The notes under the pieces: model-generated
What the model saw: only the letters and a program-made list of their open reading frames with translations
Told to the model about the DNA's origin: nothing
Databases searched by the model: none
In this document: positions 28,101 through 39,210 of the stretch, one piece after another
Layout of the letters: the number at the start of each line of letters is the position of its first letter
How positions within the stretch are numbered: position 1 is the stretch's first letter
Translations under genes and position numbers: made by a program
From: Bacteroidales bacterium
Lineage (GTDB): Bacteria > Bacteroidota > Bacteroidia > Bacteroidales > UBA12077
Reading direction: 5' to 3'
DNA length: 64,000 nucleotides
NCBI GenBank assembly: GCA_019038645.1
Contig: JAHOYT010000017.1
Coordinates: 15,039 to 79,038 of the forward strand

Positions 28101-28408
28101 ACCCATATATTTCCTTCCGAATCCTCATAAATACAATTTATGTAGCTCCCTGAAAGGGAATTACTATCGGATGGTTGATTTTTTAAGATTTTGAAACTAT
28201 ACCCATCATATTTATTCAGGCCATCCTGGGTACCGATCCATATAAATCCCCTGCTATCCTGGATTAAACAATTTACGCTTGTCTGTGACAATCCGTTTTC
28301 AATGGTAAAATAGTCAACATTAATATTTTGGCTATGAGACTTTGTTATTTGAAATAAGGAGAAAAATCCTGTAAAAAAAAGAAATAATATGTATGATGTA
28401 ATTTTCAT
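25109..28408 (-). CDS. Two-component-regulator-propeller (Y_Y_Y) sensor fused to PP2C/SpoIIE-type phosphatase
   Basis: Many repeats of the type W(I/V)GT..GL(N/S)(K/R)(F/Y), a Y_Y_Y-like Ig domain, one TM helix, a coiled coil and a C-terminal SpoIIE domain (SGDFYW...VDCTGHGVPGA...SDGYADQFG). Confidence 0.85.
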   Translation of the reverse strand: MKITSYILFLFFTGFFSLFQITKSHSQNINVDYFTIENGLSQTSVNCLIQDSRGFIWIGTQDGLNKYDGYSFKILKNQPSDSNSLSGSYINCIYEDSEGNIWVGTNRGLNKIDRYTEECSHYYSNPDNGNGLKEEEIYDLYQDKSGYIWIKTENYLSRLNPRSGNFRHYEHYNDIFNFISVNATFSIFEDHKNQLWVGTKDGLNYFDRKLEIFKRYRHDPENKSSISDNKVKVIFEDSDFNLWIGTEQGLNKFNWETEEFVRYYSDYENKESLSNNIINDIFEDDIGNLWIATDDGLNKFNKETETFTVYNKFLHDNEELLTTSFTDIIQDKTGIMWVGTLQGLLKINNEQKKFKLFDKSENNEPYFSNNFVTSMYKKNNEVWVGTWGTGLHLFDPLKKSVIRYNTGNSSIINDYIHKIFEDSNGDIWVGTQDGLSYFNSRTKRFENIGRTKLLNVFKNNRIFDILEDKNHNLWVGSKFGLHKISEDSIQSYFYNPNDSNSLAADLVYDLLIDRNKNLWIATENGLNKLDLEKGIVETFKQTDDCETCFSSNEILCIHEDKENQYLWLGTKEGLNRFDVNTGQVKIYTKKEGLPNNFVYSILPDNKGNLWMSTNRGLSRFNPEKELFINFGVSDGLQDFEFNHGASFRSDSGELFFGGIAGYNSFFPDSISKNQIIPNIEITTVEVLTEKVYDKIVVGKNRQIEIPYKNNLITIEFSALDFTNPEKNNYAYKVKGVENEWINLGNRRYATFSNLPPGNYTFQVKGSNSDYIWNETGTNLEIIVLTPLWKTNFAYLVYIILLAGIIFWFFQYRTRSLRRSNQELKEKEQIAKQIAKQKEELSVKNKNITDSIVYAKRIQEALLPPMTLFKRILPGSFILLKPKDIVSGDFYWINEKNNKTFIAVVDCTGHGVPGAFMSIIGFELLRKITDDQGIEGADEILQHLNDGVAVTFGKAAENTKLKDGMDIALCVIDKKKAELEYAGAFRPLYLIRDNKIEETRGDRFSVGLLDEGESDQITRTTIKLQKDDIFYMFSDGYADQFGGPDGKKYKYRRFRHLLLTIHKLPLEQQLTYFDRSFEDWKGELEQVDDVLIVGFRPELE

Positions 28409-28475
28409 TTATATAATGCTAATTTAATATTTAATAACATTAAAGCAAAGTATTGTATTCATATAAAACACATCA

Positions 28476-30371
28476 TTATTCGGCAATGGCCCCATTTCCG
28501 GTATTCATTTTTCGGTATTTCAACGAAGGCGATTCAATAAAATCACCTAAATTCAAATCAGCCCATATATTGTCAATTTTAACTATAGTAATATCGTCCG
28601 ATACTACAATATTTGGCCATTTACGTTTAAAGTCATCCTTTTCCAATGATTTGGCGGTGGCATCAATAAATATCTTAGAACAAGCTTCTTCTTTTTCATT
28701 AATAATAACCGAATCTCTTTTAGGATCAATATTTCCTGAAGCTATCCACGTTATCATATTTAAATCATTTACATCCACAGATTCATCTGTTAAAACACAA
28801 AATTTAACTTGACTAAGTTCCTTTTGTTCCGACATCAAATTAATAAAATTATGAGTGTGCTTTCTGCTTTCCTTTTTTACAGAAAGAATAAGGATTCTCT
28901 TATCAAAGTCGTGATTTACATTTACTATTTCTTTGAATTTATTTTTGAGTTGTACAATATCAATATTATGATTCTGAGCAACCGGATTATTATTGTGTTC
29001 AAGCTCCTCATTAAATTTTGTTGTGGCATCGATTCCCATTTTACTACCGTAAGTTGGACTGGAAGATGAATGATCAAGCACATCCATTGGCCCGTTTATA
29101 AAATGGATATCATTTTCAGGGTTTACATTTTCAGAAATCAATTTAGTAATGTTTTTATAATCATGAACATCAATATCGTAATCAACAATTATCATAATTT
29201 TGTTAAACATCATTTGGCCTGCACCCCATAATGCGTTCATAACCTTAAAAGCCTGCCCCGGAAATGTTTTATTTATTTTAACTATAACAATATTATGAGC
29301 AACTCCTTCAAATGGCAAATCGTAATCAATAATCTCCGGTAAAACAGCCAGTTTAATTGGCGACAGGAATATCCGTTCAGTAGCCTTACCTATCCATGCA
29401 TCTTCCATTGGAGGTATTCCGACAATAGTTGCCGGATAAATAGCATTCTTTCGATGAGTTATACAGGTAACATGAAATTTAGGATACATATCGGCAAGAG
29501 AATAAAATCCTGTATGATCACCAAAAGGACCCTCCAAAATAAAATCTTCCTGAGGATCGACATATCCCTCAATAATAATATCTGCATCTGCAGGAACTTC
29601 TATATCCTGTGTAATGCATTTTACTAGCTCAACCTTTTGCTTTCTTAAAAATCCTGTCAGCAAATATTCATCAACATTATCAGGTAAGGGAGCTGTAGCT
29701 CCATAAGTTAAAGCCGGATCGCCGCCGAGAGCAACAGCAACAGGCATTTTCCTTTGTTGTTTCTTATATTCCTCAAAATGTCGTGCTCCGGTCTTATGTT
29801 TATGCCAATGCATTCCAGTCAGATTTTTATCAAAAATCTGCATACGATACATACCTACATTTCGCATTTCTGTATGTGGATCTTTTGTGATAACCATTGG
29901 TAGTGTAACAAAAGGGCCTCCGTCATTAGGCCAGCATTTTAATACCGGAAACTTATTTAAATCCGGATCATTAATAATTATCTCCTGACACTTTCCCCTT
30001 CCTGAAATAAGCTTAGGCATCCAGGACGAAATATTGGAAAGTGTTGGAAGCAGTTTAAGTTTATCGAGTAAATTTGCTTTTGGGCTTACTAAATCAGAAA
30101 AAATATTTTCAATTTCTTTCCCTATATCATCAAGGTTTTCAACTCCTAATGCCAGACAAATTCTTTTTTCTGAACCCATTGAATTAATTAAAACAGGAAA
30201 TCCTGTGCCATTATTTTCAAATAATAATGCTTTACCTCCATTTCCGGATTTTGAAAATCTGTCAACAATTTCAGTTATCTCCAGCTCAGGACTGACAAAT
30301 TCTTTTATTCTGATTAATTCATTATTTTCTTCCAGAATGTCAATAAAATGATTCAGTGATTTAATAGCCAT
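28476..30371 (-). CDS. UbiD-family (prenylated-FMN dependent) decarboxylase, menaquinone-biosynthesis-decarboxylase-like
   Basis: UbiD core motifs (MGIYRMQ-type NVGMYRMQ, GGDPA, EGPFGDHTGFY) plus a C-terminal extension of about 130 aa. Confidence 0.85.
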   Translation of the reverse strand: MAIKSLNHFIDILEENNELIRIKEFVSPELEITEIVDRFSKSGNGGKALLFENNGTGFPVLINSMGSEKRICLALGVENLDDIGKEIENIFSDLVSPKANLLDKLKLLPTLSNISSWMPKLISGRGKCQEIIINDPDLNKFPVLKCWPNDGGPFVTLPMVITKDPHTEMRNVGMYRMQIFDKNLTGMHWHKHKTGARHFEEYKKQQRKMPVAVALGGDPALTYGATAPLPDNVDEYLLTGFLRKQKVELVKCITQDIEVPADADIIIEGYVDPQEDFILEGPFGDHTGFYSLADMYPKFHVTCITHRKNAIYPATIVGIPPMEDAWIGKATERIFLSPIKLAVLPEIIDYDLPFEGVAHNIVIVKINKTFPGQAFKVMNALWGAGQMMFNKIMIIVDYDIDVHDYKNITKLISENVNPENDIHFINGPMDVLDHSSSSPTYGSKMGIDATTKFNEELEHNNNPVAQNHNIDIVQLKNKFKEIVNVNHDFDKRILILSVKKESRKHTHNFINLMSEQKELSQVKFCVLTDESVDVNDLNMITWIASGNIDPKRDSVIINEKEEACSKIFIDATAKSLEKDDFKRKWPNIVVSDDITIVKIDNIWADLNLGDFIESPSLKYRKMNTGNGAIAE

Positions 30372-30401
30372 AAAAATAAATTGAGTAATTGTGAAATATA
30401 C

Positions 30402-30462
30402 AAAAAAAGGCTGACATCCCTTCCCTGCAATTATTGGGATCTGGACCAGCCTTTATTTTTTT
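30402..30462 (-). terminator. Extended hairpin terminator after eno
   Basis: Outer stem aaaggctg / cagccttt enclosing inner stem atccc / gggat. A long T-run follows on the minus strand. Confidence 0.55.
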
Positions 30463-30474
30463 TAAATTATTCGA

Positions 30475-31776
<1,302 letters not shown>

Positions 31777-31852
31777 TTAGTATTATCAAAACTTTGAACA
31801 ATCAAATTTAATGAATTTATAACATTTATCAGAATAGAAAAGTTTAATTAAT

Positions 31853-31883
31853 AAATAAAAAAAGGGCGGAATATACCGCCCTT
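31853..31883 (-). terminator. Intrinsic terminator ending the ribosomal super-operon
   Basis: Stem aagggcgg / ccgccctt, with a T-run on the minus strand 25 nt after the rplQ stop. Confidence 0.7.
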
Positions 31884-31907
31884 ATAAATAATATGTTAGT
31901 TAAAAAA

Positions 31908-32636
31908 CTATTCTTCTTCTTTTTTCTCCTTGCTTGTATCTTCTTCTTTCTTTGCTTCTTTTTTAGGAGTCTCTTTAGGCTTCTTCACTTCTTTCTTTGC
32001 TTCAACAGGTTTTTCTGTTTTTTTCTCCTTAGCTTCTTTCTTTGCAGTTTCTTTAACTTCTTCTGCTTTTTCCTCAACCACAACAGGAGCTTCAGCAACC
32101 TCATCTTTAACTTCAACTTCTTCAATAGCCTCAACCTCTTCAGTTTTCACTTCTTCAGTCTTAACTTCTTCTTCAGCAACTTCAACTTGTTCGGTTACCT
32201 GATCAGTTGTTTTCTTAGCTCCTCTTCTACGTCGTGTTGATTTTGCTTTTGTTTCAGATTTTGCTGCAAGAAGATTTTCATTATAATCGACCAATTCAAT
32301 AATACACATATCGGCATTATCTCCTAAGCGATGTCCTGTTTTCAATATTCTTGTATATCCACCTGGCCTGTCAGCAATCTTACTACTAACTTCTCTGAAC
32401 AATTCAGTTACTGCTTCTTTATTCTGAAGGTATCTAAAAATAACCCTTCTGGAGTGAGTTGAATCATCTTTTGATTTTGTAATCAGTGGTTCAACATACA
32501 CCTTAAGAGCTTTTGCTTTTGCAATTGTTGTATTAATTCTCTTATGTAAAATTAACGATGATGCCATGTTCGACAACATCGCTTTCCTGTGAGCAGGTTT
32601 TCTTCCTAAGTGGTTAAATGATTTTCTATGTCTCAT
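31908..32636 (-). CDS. rplQ: 50S ribosomal protein L17 (bL17) with ~125-aa K/E/A/V-rich C-terminal tail
   Basis: The conserved bL17 core spans aa 1-117 ([21 protein letters not shown]...GGYTRILK). It is followed by a low-complexity repetitive tail. Confidence 0.9.
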   Translation of the reverse strand: MRHRKSFNHLGRKPAHRKAMLSNMASSLILHKRINTTIAKAKALKVYVEPLITKSKDDSTHSRRVIFRYLQNKEAVTELFREVSSKIADRPGGYTRILKTGHRLGDNADMCIIELVDYNENLLAAKSETKAKSTRRRRGAKKTTDQVTEQVEVAEEEVKTEEVKTEEVEAIEEVEVKDEVAEAPVVVEEKAEEVKETAKKEAKEKKTEKPVEAKKEVKKPKETPKKEAKKEEDTSKEKKEEE

Positions 32637-32641
32637 CCTTG

Positions 32642-33634
32642 TTACTCTTTGTCTAATTTATACTTAGTGATATCCATTCCAAATGTAAGATTCATTTGGC
32701 TAAGTAAATCCTCTAATTCAGTTAACGACTTTTTACCAAAGTTTCTAAACTTTAATAAATCGTTCTTATTATATTTCACCAAATCTCCTAATGAATCAAC
32801 CTCAGCAGCTTTTAAACAATTTAATGCTCTTACTGAAAGATCCATATCAACTAACCTTGTTTTAAGTAGCTGACGCATGTGTAATACTTCTTCATCAAAC
32901 TCTTCGTTTGCATACTTTTCATCTGTGTCAAGTGTAATCTTTTCATCAGAGAATAACATTAAATGATAGATAAGTATTTTTGCAGCTTCTTTTAATGCCT
33001 CTTTCGGATGTATAGAACCATCCGACTCAATCTCAAAAATCAGCTTTTCAAAGTCAGTTTTTTGCTCCACACGGAAATTCTCAATAGAGTATTTTACGTT
33101 TCTTATAGGAGTGAAAATTGAATCAATTGCAATAACACCAAATTCACCATCAACAGGTCTGTTTTCTTCAGAAGGAACATATCCCCTGCCTTTATTAACA
33201 GAAATTTCTATTTGAAGTTTTACATCCGGTTCCATTTCACAAATTACGTGATCAGGGTTTAATACTTTAAAATTAGTTGAAAAGTTATTAATATCTCCGG
33301 CTTTAAATTCATTCTGTCCTGTAATAGTAACAGTAAATTTCTCATCTTCTGCTTCTTCTACATTGCATTTAAAACGTACCTGTTTTAAATTCAGAATGAT
33401 TTCACTAATATCCTGAACAATACCAGCTAAAGTAGAAAATTCATGTTCTACACCTTCAATTTTTATTGAAGTAATGGCATACCCTTCCAATGATGATAAA
33501 AGAATCCTTCGTAAAGAATTGCCGACAGTAATTCCATATCCTGGTTCTAAAGGGCGAAACTCAAATCTACCATAAGTTTCGTTTGCTTCGACCATAATGA
33601 CCTTATCGGGCTTTTGAAATGCTAAAATTGCCAT
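32642..33634 (-). CDS. rpoA: DNA-directed RNA polymerase subunit alpha
   Basis: Conserved N-terminal domain ([17 protein letters not shown]) and C-terminal domain ([10 protein letters not shown]). Sits in the alpha operon. Confidence 0.95.
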   Translation of the reverse strand: MAILAFQKPDKVIMVEANETYGRFEFRPLEPGYGITVGNSLRRILLSSLEGYAITSIKIEGVEHEFSTLAGIVQDISEIILNLKQVRFKCNVEEAEDEKFTVTITGQNEFKAGDINNFSTNFKVLNPDHVICEMEPDVKLQIEISVNKGRGYVPSEENRPVDGEFGVIAIDSIFTPIRNVKYSIENFRVEQKTDFEKLIFEIESDGSIHPKEALKEAAKILIYHLMLFSDEKITLDTDEKYANEEFDEEVLHMRQLLKTRLVDMDLSVRALNCLKAAEVDSLGDLVKYNKNDLLKFRNFGKKSLTELEDLLSQMNLTFGMDITKYKLDKE

Positions 33635-33653
33635 AAATAATGAGTAATTATTA

Positions 33654-34262
33654 TTATTTCGAATATAATTCTACAATTAACTGCTCTTTAATATTCTCAG
33701 GAATATCTGATCTTTCAGGCATATTTAAAAATTTACCTGTCATTTGATCTGAATCCCATTCTAACCATGAATATTTATTAAAACGAGCCGATGCTAAACT
33801 ATTTGTTATAGCTTCAAGAGATTTTGATTTCTCTCTTACTCCAACAATATCGCTGGATTTTACAGTATATGAAGGTATATTAACTACATGTCCGTTAACC
33901 GTAATATGCTTATGTGTAACAAATTGCCTTGCAGCTGCTCTTGTTGGAGCAATTCCTAAACGGAATATCACATTATCTAAACGTGATTCTAATAATTGCA
34001 ATAAGTTTTCACCGGTAATACCTTTTTTTCTTGATGCCTGCTCAAATAAATTAAAGAATTGCTTTTCCAATACACCATAAGTATATTTAGCTTTTTGCTT
34101 TTCCATTAATTGAACACCATATTCAGAAACTTTTTTTCTACGCTTATTTGCGCCTTGTTGTCCTGGAGGATAATTTTTCTTCTCAAAACTTTTATCAGGT
34201 CCGTAAATTGGTTCTCCTAATTTCCTCGCTATTTTTGACTTTGGTCCAGTATATCTAGCCAT
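33654..34262 (-). CDS. rpsD: 30S ribosomal protein S4
   Basis: [14 protein letters not shown] start and an S4 RNA-binding domain. Confidence 0.95.
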   Translation of the reverse strand: MARYTGPKSKIARKLGEPIYGPDKSFEKKNYPPGQQGANKRRKKVSEYGVQLMEKQKAKYTYGVLEKQFFNLFEQASRKKGITGENLLQLLESRLDNVIFRLGIAPTRAAARQFVTHKHITVNGHVVNIPSYTVKSSDIVGVREKSKSLEAITNSLASARFNKYSWLEWDSDQMTGKFLNMPERSDIPENIKEQLIVELYSK

Positions 34263-34313
34263 GAATCTTTATATTAAACTTTTTATTCAACCTCAAAATA
34301 TTTATCACACGTA

Positions 34314-34703
34314 TTAAACTCTTCTGCGTGCAGGTGGACGACATCCATTATGAGGTAATGGAGTTACATCCGTAATTTCTGTAACCTCAATTCCTGCATT
34401 GTGGATAGTTCGCATTGCCGATTCTCTACCAGCACCGGGTCCTTTAACAAATGCTTTTACTTTTCTTAATCCAAGATCGTAAGCTACTTTTGCACAATCT
34501 TCTGCAGCCATTTGTGCTGCATAGGGTGTATTTTTCTTTGATCCCCTGAAACCCATTTTTCCAGATGAAGACCAAGAAATTACTTGCCCGCTATTATTTG
34601 TTAATGAAATAATAATATTGTTAAAAGAAGCATGAATGTGCACTTGCCCGGTCGCTTCAACCTTTACAACCCTCTTCTTAGATGATCCAGTCTTTTTTGC
34701 CAT
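34314..34703 (-). CDS. rpsK: 30S ribosomal protein S11
   Basis: Conserved uS11 sequence ([14 protein letters not shown]...[16 protein letters not shown]). Confidence 0.95.
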   Translation of the reverse strand: MAKKTGSSKKRVVKVEATGQVHIHASFNNIIISLTNNSGQVISWSSSGKMGFRGSKKNTPYAAQMAAEDCAKVAYDLGLRKVKAFVKGPGAGRESAMRTIHNAGIEVTEITDVTPLPHNGCRPPARRRV

Positions 34704-34714
34704 TTCCTTAACTG

Positions 34715-35092
34715 TTATTTAGTTGCTTTCTTTTTATTAGCAATCGTTTTTCTTTTACCTTTTCTGGTTCTCGCGTTATTCTTTGTATGCTGTCCTCTAA
34801 CAGGAAGACCAATACGATGACGAATACCCCTGTAGCAACCAATATCCATTAATCGCTTAATGTTCATTTGTGTTTCTGAACGTAATGCACCTTCTACCTT
34901 GAACTTTGCGTTCACGACCTCTCTGATTTTTGCAATATGCTCATCATTCCAGTCTTTAACTTTTATGTTTTGATCAATTCCTGCTTCATCTAATATAGCT
35001 TCAGCATTACTTCGACCTATTCCGTAGATATAGGTTAAACCTATTACACCTCTTTTATTTTTAGGTAAATCTACTCCAACAATTCTTGCCAT
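34715..35092 (-). CDS. rpsM: 30S ribosomal protein S13
   Basis: [10 protein letters not shown] start and conserved uS13 body. Confidence 0.95.
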   Translation of the reverse strand: MARIVGVDLPKNKRGVIGLTYIYGIGRSNAEAILDEAGIDQNIKVKDWNDEHIAKIREVVNAKFKVEGALRSETQMNIKRLMDIGCYRGIRHRIGLPVRGQHTKNNARTRKGKRKTIANKKKATK

Positions 35093-35126
35093 AAATCTTT
35101 TTTAATTAAAGTACAAAAATAATAAT

Positions 35127-35243
35127 TTATCCCTGACGCTGTTTAAACTTGGGATTTTTTTTGTTAATAACGTATAGTCTGCCTTTTCGTCTAACAATTT
35201 TACAATCGCTACTGCGTTTCTTTACAGATGCTCTGACTTTCAT
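35127..35243 (-). CDS. rpmJ: 50S ribosomal protein L36
   Basis: Not in the ORF track because it is under 60 aa. The reverse complement translates to [38 protein letters not shown], and the gene sits at the canonical infA-rpmJ-rpsM position. Confidence 0.9.
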   Translation of the reverse strand: MKVRASVKKRSSDCKIVRRKGRLYVINKKNPKFKQRQG

Positions 35244-35255
35244 TTCTTGTTTTTT

Positions 35256-35474
35256 TTATTTATATCTATAAGTTATTCTACCTTTTGTAAGATCATAAGG
35301 TGACATTTCAACCTTAACTTTATCTCCAGGTAATATTTTAATATAATGCATTCTCATTTTACCGGAAATATGAGCTGTTATTACGTGACCATTCTCGAGT
35401 TCAACTCTGAACATAGCATTTGAAAGTGCTTCGATAATAGTACCGTCTTGTTCAATCGAAGGTTGTTTTGCCAT
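35256..35474 (-). CDS. infA: Translation initiation factor IF-1
   Basis: 72-aa S1-like fold sequence ([31 protein letters not shown]). Confidence 0.95.
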   Translation of the reverse strand: MAKQPSIEQDGTIIEALSNAMFRVELENGHVITAHISGKMRMHYIKILPGDKVKVEMSPYDLTKGRITYRYK

Positions 35475-35477
35475 AAA

Positions 35478-36260
35478 TTATATCTTATTTTTAGTTATTT
35501 CTTCTATAAAATCAAAAGTTGATAATATTTCAGCTTTACCTTTATCAACAACTACTGCTAATTCATAATGTGCAGAAGGTTTCCCATCAATTGTTCTAAT
35601 TGTCCAACCGTCATTGTCTTGCTTTATTTGTTTTGAACCCATGTTTATCATTGGCTCAATACACAAAACCAATCCCTTTTTTAATAAAACACCTTTACCC
35701 CGTTTTCCATAATTTGGAACCTCAGGAGCTTCATGCATATCTTTACCTAATCCGTGTCCAACCATTTCCCGAACAACTGAATAACCTGCATTTTCTGCAT
35801 GAACTTGTACTGCATTTCCTATATCTCCGACTCTTTTACCTTCAACAGCGTTTTCGATTCCTTTAAATAGAGATTCTTTCGTAATAGTGAGTAATTTCAT
35901 CACTTCACCGCGAACCTCTCCAACCGGAAAAGTATATGCTGTGTCACCATAATATCCATCCATATAAGTACCACAATCAACAGAAACAATATCGCCATCT
36001 TTTAAAACATAATCAGAAGGTATTCCATGAACCACCTGATCATTTACTGAAGTACATAAGCTGTTAGGAAATCCGCCATAACCTAAAAACCCAGGTACAG
36101 CACCATTATCTCTAATAAATTCCTCAGCCCGCTTATCTAATTCAAGGGTTGTTACCCCTGGCTTAATAAGTTTTGCCACTTCAGCAAGAGTTTTTGATAC
36201 CAGAAGGTTGTTTCTCCTGACAATTTCAATCTCTACTTCTGACTTATAAATTAACATCAA
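35478..36260 (-). CDS. map: Type I methionine aminopeptidase
   Basis: Metal-ligand context (VDCGTYMDGYYGD, HGLG, IEPM, E..V) and a position after secY. Confidence 0.9.
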   Translation of the reverse strand: MMLIYKSEVEIEIVRRNNLLVSKTLAEVAKLIKPGVTTLELDKRAEEFIRDNGAVPGFLGYGGFPNSLCTSVNDQVVHGIPSDYVLKDGDIVSVDCGTYMDGYYGDTAYTFPVGEVRGEVMKLLTITKESLFKGIENAVEGKRVGDIGNAVQVHAENAGYSVVREMVGHGLGKDMHEAPEVPNYGKRGKGVLLKKGLVLCIEPMINMGSKQIKQDNDGWTIRTIDGKPSAHYELAVVVDKGKAEILSTFDFIEEITKNKI

Positions 36261-36286
36261 AGAACGTCGTAATAAAAAATAATATC

Positions 36287-37627
36287 TTATATAGCAGAAG
36301 CGCCTCCGGCTCTTCCCTTAATTCTTCCTGATTTCATTAATCCATCGTAATGTCTCATTAAAAGATGACTTTCGATTTGTTGTAAAGTATCTAAAACAAC
36401 ACCAACAAGGATTAATAAAGACGTACCTCCAAAAAATTGCGACCACTGACTGTCGACACCACCCAATCGCGCAAACGCGGGTAGAATTGCAATCAACGCT
36501 AAAAATATTGATCCCGGCAATGTAATTCTGGACATAACTGTATCTAAAAATTCAACTGTTTTTCGTCCGGGTTTTACACCAGGGATAAAGCCACCATTCT
36601 TTTTCATATCTTCAGCCATTTGAGATGGATTTATAGTAATGGCTGTATAGAAATACGTGAATAGAATAATCATTATTGCAAATGTAAAGTTGTACCAGAA
36701 ACCATTAATGTTTGAAAATGTAGCCGCAATTCCTCTTAAGGAATCAGAATCTCCAAACCCTGCTAAGGTTAAAGGTAAAAACATTAAAGCCTGTGCAAAA
36801 ATGATTGGCATTACACCAGCAGAGTTTACTTTTAATGGTATATATTGCCGAACACCTCCGTATTGCTTGTTGCCAACAATTCTTTTAGCGTATTGTACAG
36901 GTATTTTTCGGGTACCTTGTACTAACAAAATTGTAGCGACGAATACAAAGAACAAAATAACCATTTCAAGTAAGAATGCAACTAATCCACCTCCCTGATC
37001 TTCTAATCTACTGATAAATTCAGCGAATAATGAGAAAGGTAATCTTGCAATGATACCAATCATAATAATCAATGATATACCATTACCAATACCTTTATCG
37101 GTAATTTTTTCACCTAACCACATAACAAACATGGTTCCCGATGTTAATATTATTACTGAAGAAACCCAGAAAAATGTTCCTGTTAATACAAACGCTGATT
37201 CGGGCAACTGTACCTGTAAGTTTTTAAGATAAGCAGGTGCCTGCATAATTAAAATAGCAATTGTTAAATATCTTGTTAACTGATTTATTTTTCTTCTTCC
37301 GCTTTCTCCTTCACGTTGTAATCTCTGGAAATAAGGAATCGCAATTCCCAATAACTGTATTACAATTGAAGCAGAAATGTAAGGCATTATTCCTAACGCA
37401 AATATGGATGCTCTGGAAAAAGATCCGCCAGAAAACATATTTAAAAGACCCAAAACACCATCAGCAGTTTGTTGTTCTAAAGCGGCTAATTGACTTGGAT
37501 CAATCCCCGGTAAAACAATATAACTTCCCAATCTATAAATTAATAGAATAAATAATGTATAAACAATACGATATCTAAGATCTTCAATTTTAATTATATT
37601 CCTTATGGTCTGTATTAAAGCTCTCAT
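36287..37627 (-). CDS. secY: Preprotein translocase subunit SecY
   Basis: 10-TM protein with conserved SecY motifs (GIMPYISASI, ITDKGIGNGISLII). Confidence 0.95.
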   Translation of the reverse strand: MRALIQTIRNIIKIEDLRYRIVYTLFILLIYRLGSYIVLPGIDPSQLAALEQQTADGVLGLLNMFSGGSFSRASIFALGIMPYISASIVIQLLGIAIPYFQRLQREGESGRRKINQLTRYLTIAILIMQAPAYLKNLQVQLPESAFVLTGTFFWVSSVIILTSGTMFVMWLGEKITDKGIGNGISLIIMIGIIARLPFSLFAEFISRLEDQGGGLVAFLLEMVILFFVFVATILLVQGTRKIPVQYAKRIVGNKQYGGVRQYIPLKVNSAGVMPIIFAQALMFLPLTLAGFGDSDSLRGIAATFSNINGFWYNFTFAIMIILFTYFYTAITINPSQMAEDMKKNGGFIPGVKPGRKTVEFLDTVMSRITLPGSIFLALIAILPAFARLGGVDSQWSQFFGGTSLLILVGVVLDTLQQIESHLLMRHYDGLMKSGRIKGRAGGASAI

Positions 37628-37631
37628 TAAA

Positions 37632-38078
37632 TTATAATTTTACGATAGTTCCTTCAAGTGATTCAATTGCTTCGATAGCTGATTTTGAAAAAGCATGTGC
37701 TTTAACTTCTAATTTCTTAGTTAATATTCCTCTGCCAAGAATCTTAATTAAACTATTCTTCTTTACTAAACCAGCATCAACCAATGTTTCAATGTCGATT
37801 TTATTTAATTTTTTCTTTTTAGCTAATTCCTCAAGGGTCTCAATGTTGATTCCTTTATATTCCTTTCTCGAAATATTAGTAAATCCAAATTTTGGCACAC
37901 GACGCTGTAGAGGCATTTGCCCTCCTTCAAATCCAACTTTTTTAGAATAACCGGATCTTGATTTTTGACCTTTGTGACCTCTTGTGGCAGTACCACCTCT
38001 TCCAGATCCTTGTCCTCTCCCAACCCTTTTATTGTTCTTAGTTGAGTTTTCTGCTGGTTTTAAGTTACTTAAATCCAT
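37632..38078 (-). CDS. rplO: 50S ribosomal protein L15
   Basis: Gly/Arg-rich N-terminus (RVGRGQGSGRGGTATRGHKGQKSR). Confidence 0.95.
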   Translation of the reverse strand: MDLSNLKPAENSTKNNKRVGRGQGSGRGGTATRGHKGQKSRSGYSKKVGFEGGQMPLQRRVPKFGFTNISRKEYKGINIETLEELAKKKKLNKIDIETLVDAGLVKKNSLIKILGRGILTKKLEVKAHAFSKSAIEAIESLEGTIVKL

Positions 38079-38101
38079 TTTATAAATTCAATTATTCGTT
38101 A

Positions 38102-38281
38102 TTACTTTTCTTCAATCCTTAGTAAATGTCTTACTTTTGTTATCATACCCTGAATCTGAGGATTATTCTCAACCTCCACAGTATTATGCATTTTACGTAT
38201 CCCTAATGCTTCTAAGGTTCTTTTTTGGCGTTTGGTACTACCAATCCCGCTCTTAATTTGTGTAACTTTTATCTTCGCCAT
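38102..38281 (-). CDS. rpmD: 50S ribosomal protein L30
   Basis: Not in the ORF track (59 aa). The reverse complement translates to MAKIKVTQIKSGIGSTKRQKRTLEALGIRKMHNTVEVENNPQIQGMITKVRHLLRIEEK*, and the gene lies between rpsE and rplO. Confidence 0.9.
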   Translation of the reverse strand: MAKIKVTQIKSGIGSTKRQKRTLEALGIRKMHNTVEVENNPQIQGMITKVRHLLRIEEK

Positions 38282-38301
38282 TAGATTTTTATTAAAGGTC
38301 C

Positions 38302-38817
38302 TTATCCATTAAATACTTTGTCGAGAGTAACACCTCTTTGTTCAGCAACAGCTCTTGCATTACGCAATTGCAATAATGCACTGATTGTTGCTTTAACTAA
38401 ATTGTGAGGGTTACTTGATCCTTTAGATTTAGCAAGAACGTCAGTAACACCAACACTTTCTAAGACAGCACGCATCGCACCACCAGCTTTAACTCCTGTA
38501 CCATGAGAAGCAGGCTTAAGAAAAACATGAGCTCCACCGAATCTGGCAACTTGTTCATGAGGTATCGTTCCTTTATAAACAGGTACTTTTACCAAATTTT
38601 TCTTTGCAGCCTCAACTCCTTTAGCGATAGCGGTTGTTACCTCTTTTGCTTTTCCAAGGCCATAGCCTACGATACCATCTTCGTTACCAACAACAACAAT
38701 GGCAGTAAAACCAAAATTCCTACCCCCTTTTGTAACTTTTGTTACTCTTTGAATACTAACGAGTTTGTCCTTTAATTCCAAATCGCTGGTTTTCACTTTT
38801 CTTATACTTGTTGACAT
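38302..38817 (-). CDS. rpsE: 30S ribosomal protein S5
   Basis: Conserved uS5 sequence ([24 protein letters not shown]). Confidence 0.95.
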   Translation of the reverse strand: MSTSIRKVKTSDLELKDKLVSIQRVTKVTKGGRNFGFTAIVVVGNEDGIVGYGLGKAKEVTTAIAKGVEAAKKNLVKVPVYKGTIPHEQVARFGGAHVFLKPASHGTGVKAGGAMRAVLESVGVTDVLAKSKGSSNPHNLVKATISALLQLRNARAVAEQRGVTLDKVFNG

Positions 38818-38829
38818 AATATCTTTATC

Positions 38830-39189
38830 TTAAAATTTAAGTCCGCCTTCTCTGGCAGCCTCTGCTAATGATTTTACTCTACCATGATATAAATTGCCGT
38901 TTCTGTCAAAAACAACTTCTTTAATACCGTTTTCTAAAGCCATTTTAGCTGCTAAATTCCCAACTAATTTTGCCTGTTCAATTTTTGCTACATTGCCTTT
39001 TTCTGCAATTTCTTTATTTTTTGAACCAACTGAAAGTAATGTTTTGCCTTCTAAATCATCGATAAATTGCACATAAATCTGCTGATTACTTCTAAAAACA
39101 GACATTCTTGGCCTTGATGCAGAACCACTAATCTGCTTACGAATACGCCTTTTTATTCTTAATCTTCTATCTTGCTTTGATAAAGCCAT
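38830..39189 (-). CDS. rplR: 50S ribosomal protein L18
   Basis: Conserved uL18 sequence ([16 protein letters not shown]...[24 protein letters not shown]). Confidence 0.95.
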   Translation of the reverse strand: MALSKQDRRLRIKRRIRKQISGSASRPRMSVFRSNQQIYVQFIDDLEGKTLLSVGSKNKEIAEKGNVAKIEQAKLVGNLAAKMALENGIKEVVFDRNGNLYHGRVKSLAEAAREGGLKF

Positions 39190-39210
39190 GACTTTATTTA
39201 TTTAAATTCG

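Noticed and set aside
31893-32240. Plus-strand ORFs 31893..32240 and 31930..32202 (F/L/S-rich proteins) opposite the rplQ tail.
   Set aside because: They are antisense shadows of the repetitive GAA/AAG-rich coding sequence of the L17 tail. Their translations are low-complexity and they lack independent start or terminator context.
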